Below are positions 1-10,281 of a DNA stretch of 64,000 nucleotides, piece after piece. The notes beneath the pieces are model-generated. The model saw only the letters and a program-made list of their open reading frames with translations. It was not told where the DNA came from and did not search any database. The position numbers were made by a program, and so were the translations under genes. The stretch spans positions 320,001 to 384,000 of the forward strand of contig OZ244732.1 in NCBI GenBank assembly GCA_965219345.1, given 5' to 3'. The stretch comes from Nitrosopumilus sp. (GTDB lineage Archaea; Thermoproteota; Nitrososphaeria; Nitrososphaerales; Nitrosopumilaceae). Numbering within the stretch: position 1 is the first letter of the stretch; every line of letters starts with the position of its first letter.

Positions 1-105
1 TTAGAAGAAAAGAAACGAGAACTCGGATGGTATGACGAACAAGAAAAATTAGAAGAGAATTCAAATTCTAGTGATAAATCCTGCTTTTTGTTTTGGTGTT
101 GGTAA
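1..105 (+). CDS. 3' end of hypothetical protein (partial, runs off window)
   Basis: Open frame from base 1 ending ...KSCFLFWCW-TAA at 103-105. Confidence 0.55.
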   Translation, partial: LEEKKRELGWYDEQEKLEENSNSSDKSCFLFWCW

Positions 106-834
106 ATAAAGTATGTAATAATTATCACAATAGCGTTTGTCTTACTATCCCCAGTTGTTGTTTATGCTGAAAGGAGTGTTTCGAATAATATAGAGATTTT
201 TCTAAAGTGTTGGCTTGAATCTACATGTACTGATAAAGCATTTTTTGATTTTATGCGAGTTGGAATTAGAGATGGTTTATAGAATGGAGAAATCTATCAA
301 CATGGAGAGAATAAATATCCTTCATGGGTCAAATTAATCATATATTGGCATACGCAAGATGAATTAACTGATTTAGAAATTACTAATGCGATTCAAAATC
401 TTTTAGATCGTCAAATGATACGAGTAACTTGTATAGATTCTTGTAATGTAACTATCGATTCATCACAGGAATGTTCAGGTGATGCCTGATGTATCACTGG
501 AACTGTAACAAAAATTACTGATGGTGATACATTAGATGTTGATGGCCAAGCAATTAGATTTGCATTAGCATCAGCACCTGAAATGAATAAACTCAATGGA
601 CCAGAAGCAAAAGAATTGATAGAAAGTCTATGTCCTGTTGGATCATCTGTTCTAGTTGATGAGGATGATGGACAAACTGAAGGAAGTTATGGAAGAATTA
701 TTGGAGTGATTTACTGTAATGGAATGAATCTCAATGAAGAACTAGTAGATTCAGGATTAGGATATTTATCATCAGGATTTTGTGATAAAAGTGAATTTTC
801 TAGTCATACTTGGACACAAAAACACGGATGTTGA
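106..834 (+). pseudogene. Secreted thermonuclease (SNase)-domain protein, disrupted
   Basis: Signal-peptide-like IITIAFVLLSPVVVYAE; SNase motifs KITDGDTLDV..IRFALASAPE..SYGRIIGVIY..NEELV; in-frame stops at 280-282 and 487-489. Confidence 0.8.
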
Positions 835-1083
835 TGAATCAATCATCTTGGGTTAAAGCAGTTGATAGCACTACAGTAGTGTAGCTTGTCATATTCATTT
901 TAGGATTTTTTGCCTTTGATACTGATTTGATAGGAATAGAGTCAACAATTATCACATTTCCTGAAGAACTAGAACTTCCTTGGTTTATCAGGGTATAAAG
1001 CATACAAGAAATCAAAGAGGTTCAAAAAATAGATCAAATTTTTTTCGTATCTAGTGCAAAGTTATGATCTAAAGTGATAATCA

Positions 1084-1212
1084 ATGAAAAATTACATGAA
1101 CAGTATGGTCGACTCAAGATGTGAGCATTATTGGATTCCAAATGGAGCTTATTTTTGCATACATTGTGAAGCAGGCAGTGATACAACGCCTGTTAAAACT
1201 ATGCAGAACTAG
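1084..1212 (+). CDS. Small Cys/His protein (CEHYW...CIHC)
   Basis: 43-codon ORF read manually; putative metal ligands. Confidence 0.35.
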   Translation: MKNYMNSMVDSRCEHYWIPNGAYFCIHCEAGSDTTPVKTMQN

Positions 1213-1308
1213 GCAGTTTTTTGGATATTTTTTTAATAAGAGCTGTATCTAGTCTGATTGAAAAGACTCCTCATAACTAATTACTGAAAGAAGCGGTTGT
1301 ACTAATTC

Positions 1309-1784
1309 ATGTCTGAAACAGATTCAAAAAAAGGTGGACCTTACACAGAAAAAGAACAAGAAGACCGCAGAAAACAAGTTTATGAACTTCATTTTGAGAA
1401 AGGATTCTCCGCAGTAAAAATTGGGGAGATGTTAAAGGTAAATCGCAATCTGGAATAATGGCTGACTAATCCGATACACGTTCTTTGGTAAAAATTGGGG
1501 AGATGTTAAAGGTAAATCGCAATACAATAAACAAGAACATCAGAGAATGGTATGCAAAAGTTTCTGAAGAATTACCAGAGTATAATGCATTGTTATTGTT
1601 AAAACAGATCTACAGACTAGAAATGCAGCAAGCAAGACTGTTGGAAAAATTAGATGAATGCACAGATATGAAGGAGGAAATTGCCATATAAAAATTACTG
1701 TATGGGGTTTATTCAAAAATGACAACTGAAACTAGCAAGATTATATTTAATCGAAGTGACGTGCTTAGAGTATTACGAAATTAA
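1309..1784 (+). pseudogene. HTH-containing thaumarchaeal hypothetical protein, disrupted
   Basis: MSETDSKKGGPYTEKEQ...SAVKIGEMLKVNRNTINKNI HTH; broken by a 74-bp insertion (36-bp duplication + 38 bp) and TAA at 1689-1691. Confidence 0.75.
1414..1523. repeat. Perfect 36-bp direct repeat pair separated by 38 bp of unique sequence
   Basis: GTAAAAATTGGGGAGATGTTAAAGGTAAATCGCAAT at 1414-1449 and 1488-1523. Confidence 0.95.
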
Positions 1785-1923
1785 TGAAATAACCAAGATG
1801 TTGGCTTCTTGTTGCTATATGAGAAAGTTTGGGATTTGAAAATAGCCAAGATTTGAACTCAAAAGACAAATCTATATTAGAAATTTAATGATCAAATCTC
1901 AACAGATTTGAACAATTTTTAAT

Positions 1924-3351
1924 TTATTTATTTTTTCTAAATGAAAAGCCTAACCTATCTTTAATTGATTTTCCTTTCTTAGATTCCTTTAATTCTTGAG
2001 AAGCATGATCTTTACAGTAACACAAATCTTGTTCATCCACAAAGATATCGTCTTCACATTTTGCAATACCACATGTTTCACATACTGCAAATGTATGCTT
2101 CTTTCTCAATAGATGTTTACATTCAGAAATCTCATCAATTAATGTAATATCAGATGCAGGCAAAAGCTTTCTTACATAACTATAGTCTTTTGAATCAAAA
2201 ACAATCTCTAGTTTTGGAACATGTGTTATTTTTGATTGTAATTGGATAGAATTATAGTTTGGAACATGAGTAAATTCTTTTTCTACCTCTTCTTCTCGAG
2301 ATTTTCTCACACAATATGGAATTATGGCTTTGTTATCTTCTATGATCTTTTTCTTAACTGTAAATTCAACATCTTTTTTATTCATACTTGCTTTATGAAC
2401 AACTACATTAGAATTGTCTATTTTTTGAATTTCTACGATTTTATAAGGTTCAATATTCATCAAATCTTCAATAACTTGTTTTTGTTCAGAATTTTTTTCA
2501 TAAAATACATCACCATTATCATCTGAACAATACAATATTTCTCTAGTTAATCCATCTACTACATATTGACCAGAATTAAATTGTGAATGAATCTGTTTAT
2601 CAGGAGTTTTGAATTGTTCTCTAAGAGTAAATTGTATTATGTAATACGGATGAAAAATTAAATCTCTTCGAGCAATTCCAACATTACTTTTATTTTTTAG
2701 TAGGATTTCAGAGTAATTCTCCAATGTGTCTCGAGGATTAAGACAATCAGGGATTTTAGTTAGTTGTCCACTTGTTCTTCCTAAAACAGTTGCTTGAAAA
2801 TTTTCTGTTAGTTTATTTCCATTCCACAAGTCAATTTGTTTCATTTGAGGATTATTCATTGCCCAGCCAATTGCATCTTGAGAAAAAGTCGATGATGTAA
2901 TGAATAGTCCTCTTTTGATATCTAAATCATCTAGCTTTGCACTAAAATCACGAATTTCTTTAATTCCAACTTTATTTGATTCAGCATAATTTTTACATTC
3001 GACTGCTATGACAATTCTATTTCTCTTTGCAATTATGTCAATTTCATTTAATTGTCCAGAGGTTCCTCGAAGTTTTGTTCTAGATTCAGTAGAAAAACCT
3101 CGATCTTGTAGAATCTTTTCTGCCATATCTTCCAAATTTGTTCCAAGCTCTCGGGTGGTTTTTGCTACAAGAGGTTCTTCTAATATATTCTCATCAAATA
3201 TTGATTCTTTAGAAATATTATTTTCAACCACAATTTCTTTTTCTATCTCTTTCTCAATTTCTTGAGTCAATGTGTTAATATTAAATCCACATTCAGGACA
3301 AAATTTTGTACTCCCTTTTAGATCTCCACCACATTCTGCACAGAATTTCAT
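1924..3351 (-). CDS. Mrr-like restriction endonuclease with N-terminal zinc ribbon and C-terminal Cys cluster
   Basis: CxxC...CPECG; EIDIIA...VECKNY...VGIKEIRDF...GLFITSSTFSQDA (Mrr_cat signature). Confidence 0.85.
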   Translation of the reverse strand: MKFCAECGGDLKGSTKFCPECGFNINTLTQEIEKEIEKEIVVENNISKESIFDENILEEPLVAKTTRELGTNLEDMAEKILQDRGFSTESRTKLRGTSGQLNEIDIIAKRNRIVIAVECKNYAESNKVGIKEIRDFSAKLDDLDIKRGLFITSSTFSQDAIGWAMNNPQMKQIDLWNGNKLTENFQATVLGRTSGQLTKIPDCLNPRDTLENYSEILLKNKSNVGIARRDLIFHPYYIIQFTLREQFKTPDKQIHSQFNSGQYVVDGLTREILYCSDDNGDVFYEKNSEQKQVIEDLMNIEPYKIVEIQKIDNSNVVVHKASMNKKDVEFTVKKKIIEDNKAIIPYCVRKSREEEVEKEFTHVPNYNSIQLQSKITHVPKLEIVFDSKDYSYVRKLLPASDITLIDEISECKHLLRKKHTFAVCETCGIAKCEDDIFVDEQDLCYCKDHASQELKESKKGKSIKDRLGFSFRKNK

Positions 3352-4523
3352 GATTCATCTTTATCCTTTTTTTTCTCTTTTAAACCCAGATCTACTTCTA
3401 AATCAGTAATCATATTACTACATGCAACAGTGATTGCTTTTGAGTTATTTTTGACAGTTTTTACAGTTACTAGATGAGTACTTAATGTATTTTGTAATTT
3501 GGTCAATTTTTCATTTAGTTCTATATCTACTACATCATCAGCTTTAATCCGTTGTAATGCCCAACTACAACCAAGTCGAATCATACGTTGTTGAGCTTCA
3601 TGTGTGTCAGACTCAGATAATGTAATGAATAGAATATCCTTAGATAGTTCATTAAACATCCCAGCTTCAGGAATGGTAAAATCATCACTGTCACAATAAA
3701 TATAAACACAATAACTCGCAGCCCGATTCTGAAGAGCAATACGAGAATATTCTAAAATTTGTTTAGTGGTAGGATCTTTTGACAAATTTTTAGCTTCAAT
3801 AACAATTTTTTTGTTGGTATCTTTTTCAGTTAATACAAAATCTCCTTTTTTAGAATTTTTTGCACCGCTAATACCTGAAATACTGCTAGTGTTTTGAAAA
3901 TTACAATTAAAGAAGGGAGAGGAATCTGCTAATATTAATGCCACATAATCTTCAAATTTAGCTCCTTTCTGTGTTGATTTTTCTTCAACTTTTTTCATTC
4001 CTTCTTGGATAGCCATAAAGGTTGAAACAGTGTTAAATTTTTCTTCAAGAGATTTTTCTAATTTTCTAAAAGGACTATTTTCATTTTCATGATCTAGCAT
4101 TGAATCAATTTGTTCCCGATATTCTTCCATCAACTCATTAATTTTTTGACTGTATGCTCCATCAGTACCAAATGTTTCTAACAATTCTTTTGTAAAACTT
4201 CCATCTGCACCTAAAAAATCATCAATTTTATCTTTCATGGATGTAGAAAAATCAAATTCGATTTGATGTTGTAGATCTTGTTTTAATTTACTAAAGCTTG
4301 ATTCCACATAATCCACTTTCTTATCAATTTTTACTGAATTGTCTGCCAGATATCCAAGAAATAATAAATGAATAATTTTATCACGTAATTGAGATGAATT
4401 TAGATTTTGTTTTTCTTGTAATTCAAGAAAATATGCTAATAATTTTTCATCATCAATCAAAAAATCATTTATTGTAATGCCAGTAGGTTCCACAATGACA
4501 CTATTTTTATGGGCATATTCCAT
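3348..4523 (-). CDS. Coiled-coil protein with C-terminal PD-(D/E)xK nuclease-like domain (RmuC/DUF2130-like)
   Basis: KGAKFE...KGDFVL...IVIEAKN motif after long coiled coil; 4-bp overlap with the Mrr-like gene. Confidence 0.7.
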   Translation of the reverse strand: MEYAHKNSVIVEPTGITINDFLIDDEKLLAYFLELQEKQNLNSSQLRDKIIHLLFLGYLADNSVKIDKKVDYVESSFSKLKQDLQHQIEFDFSTSMKDKIDDFLGADGSFTKELLETFGTDGAYSQKINELMEEYREQIDSMLDHENENSPFRKLEKSLEEKFNTVSTFMAIQEGMKKVEEKSTQKGAKFEDYVALILADSSPFFNCNFQNTSSISGISGAKNSKKGDFVLTEKDTNKKIVIEAKNLSKDPTTKQILEYSRIALQNRAASYCVYIYCDSDDFTIPEAGMFNELSKDILFITLSESDTHEAQQRMIRLGCSWALQRIKADDVVDIELNEKLTKLQNTLSTHLVTVKTVKNNSKAITVACSNMITDLEVDLGLKEKKKDKDES

Positions 4524-4982
4524 AATAAGTTGTGAAGAACATACTAATTAATTAAAGAGATCACAGCATAAAGAATTTTTCTCATTAAATATATAATACT
4601 GAGTAATACAACATAAAGAAAAATAAGATAACAGCAAGAATTGGATTATGTTTACAAGTGGAGTTGTAACAATTTCAAGTGAGTTAGCTTTATCTAAACA
4701 ATTAACAAATTCTAGCCCATACATAATTTGTGGATATGGTATTGTGTCAATAGTAATTTCATTATTATTTCTCAATCAAAACTATCAGAAACCCAAACCA
4801 CATGAATTAAAGAAGAAATAAAAGCAACAAACTAATTCAAACTGTCGAAATTCTGGGAGAGGGAATCTAGATAATCTATACAAAATTATTCATTGAATCA
4901 TTTGGATTTACATTACCAAGATTTGAACTAAATTACAATAATTATGATAAAGTTAATGTATTAGAATATTACATTATAATTG

Positions 4983-5255
4983 ATGAATAAAGATACAATC
5001 GTTGGAGAAATCGAAGCTCGTGTTATGTCTGAAAATCATAAAGATTACACGATATGGACTATTGGGGTAACCGATGACCCAAATACTCGTAAGAGCAAAC
5101 ATGAAAGTGACGGTAAAAACGTTGATTTTTGGACTCAATGGAATGCAGATAATGAAAAAGATGCAAGAGATATTGAATCATGTTATCTAGAACAGAAAAA
5201 AATGAAAGGTGGAACAGAAGGCCCTGGAACCGCAGATTATGTCTACATTTTCTAA
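4983..5255 (+). CDS. Small hypothetical protein, GIY-YIG-like
   Basis: WTIGVTDDPNTRKSKH...ARDIE pattern resembles the GIY-YIG core. Confidence 0.6.
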   Translation: MNKDTIVGEIEARVMSENHKDYTIWTIGVTDDPNTRKSKHESDGKNVDFWTQWNADNEKDARDIESCYLEQKKMKGGTEGPGTADYVYIF

Positions 5256-5266
5256 GAATCAAAATT

Positions 5267-5740
5267 ATGGAAAATAAATTAGAAAATACGTCTGATGTTC
5301 ATCATTGTAGATGTTTTAAGATATCTGAAAATGATATTAAAACTTGTAAAACTAAACTTGAAGAATTAGGTTTTGAAAAACAACCTGTCGGTGAACAAGA
5401 TCATGGTCAAGTTTTTGGATTAAGATACAGACTAAAGAAATTATTACAAATACATTGGAAAGTACTACCAACAGGAACAATTGAATCTGAAATGGAGCCA
5501 CCACCAGAATATCCAGGAGCACATGTAAATCCAACTCATAGTTTCCCTCCTCATAAAATAGTTGAAGAATTATTGAATAAAATGAAAATTAAATGTGATA
5601 TACTAACCCCTGTACCTAAAACATGCATAGAGCCTGAAATTATTGAACCGAATCATCCTCTTGAATGGCAGAAAATGTTAATTTTAGGACTATTAGGTGT
5701 TGTAGCAGCATTCATTATTATCAAAGCAGCAAAGGGATAA
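5267..5740 (+). CDS. Hypothetical protein with C-terminal TM anchor
   Basis: ORF 5180-5740, probable start ATG 5267; hydrophobic C-terminus. Confidence 0.65.
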   Translation: MENKLENTSDVHHCRCFKISENDIKTCKTKLEELGFEKQPVGEQDHGQVFGLRYRLKKLLQIHWKVLPTGTIESEMEPPPEYPGAHVNPTHSFPPHKIVEELLNKMKIKCDILTPVPKTCIEPEIIEPNHPLEWQKMLILGLLGVVAAFIIIKAAKG

Positions 5741-5821
5741 AATGTTTCTTTTGTATTGGTTTTACGAAACTAAGTAACTTTAGAATAATTCAGTCTATAC
5801 TTAGAATCAAAATATTAATTT

Positions 5822-6313
5822 TTACAAAGAATATTTCTTTCTAAATTTAGATATTTTTGTTAAAGCCAAAATAACATCTTTTCTTGAGAACTGAGGTTTC
5901 TCTTTAAACATAATAGATACAATTCGTTCTCTTTCATTTTTTGAAATTTGACTTTTAGACATCAAATACCATAATGATGCACATAGTTCTAAGTAAGAAG
6001 GATTTTTGATGTTTGTTCCTAACAACATATGAATTCTTTTCTGAATATCTATTTCAGAGTCAGATAATTTAGGAGGTTTTTCATAGGTCCCTTTTTCTTC
6101 ATGGAAAAATAATGTTGAAGCCAATTTTGAAGAGTACGGGCCTTTAACATACCACGAAAAATAATATGGCTCAGATTGTTGAATTTTTTGAATCAAGAAT
6201 CCAAGTTTTTGTAGAGATAAACGATCATTGAAATCATTTAGTTTTATAGTTTTGATATTACTTATTACTCGTAATAACGAGTCAGAATTCTCCAATTTAA
6301 TATTTAACATCAT
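5822..6313 (-). CDS. DUF4065/SocA (Panacea)/YwgA-like protein
   Basis: RLSLQKLGFLIQ...YYFSWYVKGPYSSKL...LELCASLWY motif. Confidence 0.7.
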   Translation of the reverse strand: MMLNIKLENSDSLLRVISNIKTIKLNDFNDRLSLQKLGFLIQKIQQSEPYYFSWYVKGPYSSKLASTLFFHEEKGTYEKPPKLSDSEIDIQKRIHMLLGTNIKNPSYLELCASLWYLMSKSQISKNERERIVSIMFKEKPQFSRKDVILALTKISKFRKKYSL

Positions 6314-6317
6314 AATA

Positions 6318-7580
6318 TCATTTATCCTTTTTCATGTGTTGTTTTATCACCATTTGTAAATGTTGAATGAATTTATTTTTATCATCAAACATGGTCACGC
6401 TTGATCCAAATGGATGGGTGGTATTTCCTTCATCAATATGATCAATTTTAGGATGATAAACAACTACATCACTAAAATTATCATTTGCTCTTCTAATTTC
6501 GGCTTCTACACCTTTAGATAATTTACCATTAAAATATGGCCTATACACTGCAAGATGAGTTGCTGTGTCTACCAAAGTATAATCACGTGATTTTATTTGA
6601 TTGCTAATATCATTGCCAACTTCCTCTATTTCCGATGAGGGAATTTTTATAGGCCATTTTACTTTCTTGGCATTCAAATTTGTAATATTTAATGGCCATC
6701 GATCTTTCTCTTTAAAATCGAGTTTCGTAAGTTTTTTATTTTTTTCTTTTTGTTTTTTTAGTGCAAAAACCATTGCTAATTCATCAATTGCTACAGGATC
6801 AAATATCACAGCATTTTCTTTTTTTCCAAAAGCATGCATAGATTTGCGAAATTGATTAATCTCATCAATACCTTCTTTAGTTTTTCTAGACTCAGATATA
6901 TGATATGAAAGATAAATTCTAGATTTAGAATCTTTGAAGATTAAATTATGGAAAGTTTCATGAGGATGTCTTATTGACACCATCAAGTGATTGGCACGTT
7001 GACTTCCTTCTTCAGAAATGTTAACATATTCTTTTAGTGCTTCTCCGTGTAAAAATTCTAATGAACGCCATACCAGAATTTCTCGTAAACTAAGTTTGGT
7101 ATTTAGAAATCCTGCAGAAGTCTCTCTATCCGATATTTTTTTCGATATAACAAAAATATCATCAATGAGTGTAACTATTCGAATTTTTGAATTAGGTAGT
7201 TGTGCAAAAATTTCTTTGAAATACAGAGGTATGAAAGGTGGATAAAATTCACTATTTTTATAATAACTTAGATGCATGTTCAAAAAAATTTCTGTTATGG
7301 AGGTTTTTCTTTCACGAATTTTTTTACCAATCCAACTAAAATTACTTGAAAATACTTGGAGTTTTAATGCACCATTAGGACTGTTTAAGAACGTGGGGAT
7401 GTTCGGGATAGGATTTCTAAGACCGCGTTCTTCTTTGATCAACTCATCTTCAAAATTCAATACCAAAACTTTTCCATCCATTTTAGATTTTTTGATCAGT
7501 TTATTGAGAAAATCTTTTTTATCAATCCCGCTTATTCCAGTAAAAATTGTTATTGTAGGATTTTTTGTTGTTGACATCAC
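6318..7580 (-). CDS. P-loop nucleotide-kinase-like domain fused to nucleoside 2-deoxyribosyltransferase-like domain
   Basis: N-term IFTGISGIDKK; C-term IYLSYHIS..FDPVAIDE..RDYTLVD..SKGVEAEI. Confidence 0.6.
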   Translation of the reverse strand: MMSTTKNPTITIFTGISGIDKKDFLNKLIKKSKMDGKVLVLNFEDELIKEERGLRNPIPNIPTFLNSPNGALKLQVFSSNFSWIGKKIRERKTSITEIFLNMHLSYYKNSEFYPPFIPLYFKEIFAQLPNSKIRIVTLIDDIFVISKKISDRETSAGFLNTKLSLREILVWRSLEFLHGEALKEYVNISEEGSQRANHLMVSIRHPHETFHNLIFKDSKSRIYLSYHISESRKTKEGIDEINQFRKSMHAFGKKENAVIFDPVAIDELAMVFALKKQKEKNKKLTKLDFKEKDRWPLNITNLNAKKVKWPIKIPSSEIEEVGNDISNQIKSRDYTLVDTATHLAVYRPYFNGKLSKGVEAEIRRANDNFSDVVVYHPKIDHIDEGNTTHPFGSSVTMFDDKNKFIQHLQMVIKQHMKKDK

Positions 7581-7705
7581 AAGTTGAATATATTTTTGAA
7601 TTAATTAACTTGTTTCTTAAATGATGATAGAGTAAAACTATGATTAACATAATATTAATGGAAATAAATCAAAAGGGAATTTCCAAATAAACCTTAAATA
7701 GGTAT

Positions 7706-8347
7706 ATGAGTTTCATATCATATCATATGGGAGATTGGATACTTGATTGTGATTGTTGTAAACAACAAATTAAAAAAATAAAAAATCAAGATTTTTCTTA
7801 TACAAACTATAATCTAGATGATACTGAACATGAAAAACATTTGAAAGTATGGGTTGCTTCTGTAGCAAGTTTTTTTCACTTTGATAAAACATTTAAAAAA
7901 TTAGATCCTGACTCGAAGGTAGGTGGGTTAACAATTGAGGACCTTGATTCATGGATAGAGTTTAAATTGAATTTGAAATTTGGACAATACTATCATGGTC
8001 AAAGTGAATTTAATGAAATTTGGCTCCCTCCAAAGAAATTCAATCATAAGGGGATTGATTATTTTATTTCTGGAAAGGTAGATGGTGTAGAAGATGATGT
8101 TTTAATTGAATTAAAAACAACATGGGTTTCTAGCAAAACAAAAATGCAAGGAGTTATTGAAAAAGCTAAAACTCAATCAGACATTTATGCATGGATAGGA
8201 AATTATAAAGAAGCAAAAATCATTGTTAAAAACATGGTAAAGCCAGAACTGGATGAAACTGTAGCATATCGTCCAGATACATCACGAGTAGAAGAAATGG
8301 TTGCTGTATATATTGATGAAAATAAAAGTTCGATCAATAGATATTAA
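7706..8347 (+). CDS. PD-(D/E)xK nuclease (Cas4/RecB-like fold)
   Basis: FGQYYH..ISGKVDGVEDDVLIELKT..QSDIYAW. Confidence 0.75.
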   Translation: MSFISYHMGDWILDCDCCKQQIKKIKNQDFSYTNYNLDDTEHEKHLKVWVASVASFFHFDKTFKKLDPDSKVGGLTIEDLDSWIEFKLNLKFGQYYHGQSEFNEIWLPPKKFNHKGIDYFISGKVDGVEDDVLIELKTTWVSSKTKMQGVIEKAKTQSDIYAWIGNYKEAKIIVKNMVKPELDETVAYRPDTSRVEEMVAVYIDENKSSINRY

Positions 8348-8431
8348 TAATTAAAAGACATCTTGATTTTGGTTACTCAAACATTAGAATATTTTGTGTT
8401 ACAATAATACATGTTTTAAAAGAAAAAAAGA

Positions 8432-9919
8432 TTAGATTGCAGGAACTACTATTCCTCTATCTATCATCTTAAGTGCAGTATCTGCTTTTAGGCACATAGC
8501 TACACCGTTTGATGCTTTCATTACAAGACTAAATCCTTCACGACATTCAATGTCTGCAGCATCAATACCTGCATTCATTTGGTGACGTGGTGAAATCCAA
8601 GCTAGTTGGAGATCTTTTGCCTTTTCAATGAATTCTGCCCTAAGTTCTTGTTTTTCCTCGTCTGATAGTTCTGATGATCTCTCACGAAGTTCCATCTTGA
8701 AAGCCTTCATCTCTGCTACTCTATCTTTGATTTCAGATTTGCGCTCATCAGATATTTCGATCTTCATTAAAGCCATATGGTTTTTGAACTTTATTTTGAG
8801 GTCTGACTTTTGTTTATCAGTCCAATCACCGTGCTTTTCTTGGTATTTCATTCTGATTTCATCTGTTCTGTCATCTGAGATATCATGCTTTTCCATGATC
8901 ATTGCCTTTAGACGTGGAGACATGTCAGACATCTTCATCTTGTCATGAACTTTGTCTTTCATGGTATCATGATGTTTCATCTTGTATTCCTCTAGCTCTT
9001 CAGGTGTCATATTACACCATTCTGAGAGTCTATCAAGTTTTGCAGAGTCTGTAATTTCTGCTGCTCTATCAGATTCAGCTAGTCCACATAGTCTATCATA
9101 ATCCATATGTTTTTTGTTTGTCATAACATCACGCATTTTATCTTTCATGTAATCTCTGTATTCGTCTCTGTGTTCAGCGATAAAGTCTGCTTTGTCAGTT
9201 TCATTTAGAGTACAAAATCTGTCCATCTTTGCTGCTTTGTCTGCAGTTTTATCATGTTCAGCTATGTATTTTCTTTTATCTTCATCAGACATTTCACAGT
9301 ATCTATCCAGTTTGTGTCTCATGTCTTTGTTAATATTCATTATGTATTCGTGTTCATGTTCATCGATGTATGCATCACGTTCATCTTCAGACATTTCACA
9401 GTATGCATTCATTCTATCAACATGTTCTTCAGTTTTTTCATGTTCAGCAATTAGCTCTGCTTTTTCCTCGTCAGTCATCTCACAGTATCTATTTAGTTTG
9501 TCTTCAAGAACATCATCATAATCTCTTTCTTTAGGGAAATGTTCTCGCATAAATTCGTCAATTGCGCCGTCTCTTTCATCTTCAGATAATTCACAATGGT
9601 GTACAATTCTCTCTCTGAATTGTTCAAGTCTTGGATGATCTGCAAAAAATTGGCGTTTCTCCTCGTCAGTCATATTACAGAAAGCTTCTAGTCTGTCATC
9701 AAGTCCATATTCATCGTTATCGTCTTCTCGTTCATCGTCTTCTGTAGTTTCATCAGTGGCATCATCCATAGTATCTTCAGAGTCTTCTGCTGTGTTTACA
9801 GTAACTTCTACTGAATCAGATACACCAACATCGTCTGTTTGTGCATATGCAGAACCTGCAGATACACCTAATACCATGATTAGAGATAAAACAATACTTA
9901 GAAGTTCTCTGCTTCGCAT
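8432..9919 (-). CDS. Secreted Cys/His/Met-rich helical-repeat protein with thaumarchaeal C-terminal Cys motif
   Basis: Signal peptide; repeated (L/M)xxYCEMSxEEK units; C-term CREGFSLVMKASNGVAMCLKADTALKMIDRG. Confidence 0.85.
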   Translation of the reverse strand: MRSRELLSIVLSLIMVLGVSAGSAYAQTDDVGVSDSVEVTVNTAEDSEDTMDDATDETTEDDEREDDNDEYGLDDRLEAFCNMTDEEKRQFFADHPRLEQFRERIVHHCELSEDERDGAIDEFMREHFPKERDYDDVLEDKLNRYCEMTDEEKAELIAEHEKTEEHVDRMNAYCEMSEDERDAYIDEHEHEYIMNINKDMRHKLDRYCEMSDEDKRKYIAEHDKTADKAAKMDRFCTLNETDKADFIAEHRDEYRDYMKDKMRDVMTNKKHMDYDRLCGLAESDRAAEITDSAKLDRLSEWCNMTPEELEEYKMKHHDTMKDKVHDKMKMSDMSPRLKAMIMEKHDISDDRTDEIRMKYQEKHGDWTDKQKSDLKIKFKNHMALMKIEISDERKSEIKDRVAEMKAFKMELRERSSELSDEEKQELRAEFIEKAKDLQLAWISPRHQMNAGIDAADIECREGFSLVMKASNGVAMCLKADTALKMIDRGIVVPAI

Positions 9920-10100
9920 TACAAAATTTCAATTCCTTTACATATAAAGAATATTGAAGAAGGTTCTGTAACATCTTCGGGTGTTATCGCTTAAATATGA
10001 ATTTTCTTCAAATTGGGATTGATGCCTAGGCCCTCACATAGGTTCTGTGTAGTCTTCGAGTGGTAAACATGTATTTTCTCCAAATTGAGGCTTTGCCAAG

Positions 10101-10247
10101 TTATCGGGGTGTAAAACATTTTTTAACATTCCACAATTTTGTTTTACATTTAGGGCATATTATTGGAAGCGGAGCATCCCTTGTTCTGGATGTCCATTCC
10201 CAATAACATCTTTCACATTTGTAACCCTGTATGTTGATTATCCCCAT
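10101..10247 (-). CDS. Small zinc-ribbon protein, divergent from transposase
   Basis: MGIINIQGYKCERCYWEW...CPKCKTKLWN; probable start 10247 within the longer ORF. Confidence 0.7.
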   Translation of the reverse strand: MGIINIQGYKCERCYWEWTSRTRDAPLPIICPKCKTKLWNVKKCFTPR

Positions 10248-10281
10248 TACTGATATGGTGATATTTATCCAAATAAAAGAC

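Noticed and set aside
1414-1523. True CRISPR array
   Set aside because: Only two repeats, the repeat is in-frame coding sequence of the host gene, it is unrelated to the 13443 repeat, and there is no leader or cas operon in the window.
7706-8347. Bona fide CRISPR cas4
   Set aside because: Lacks the C-terminal Cys triad for the Fe-S cluster and has no cas neighbours.
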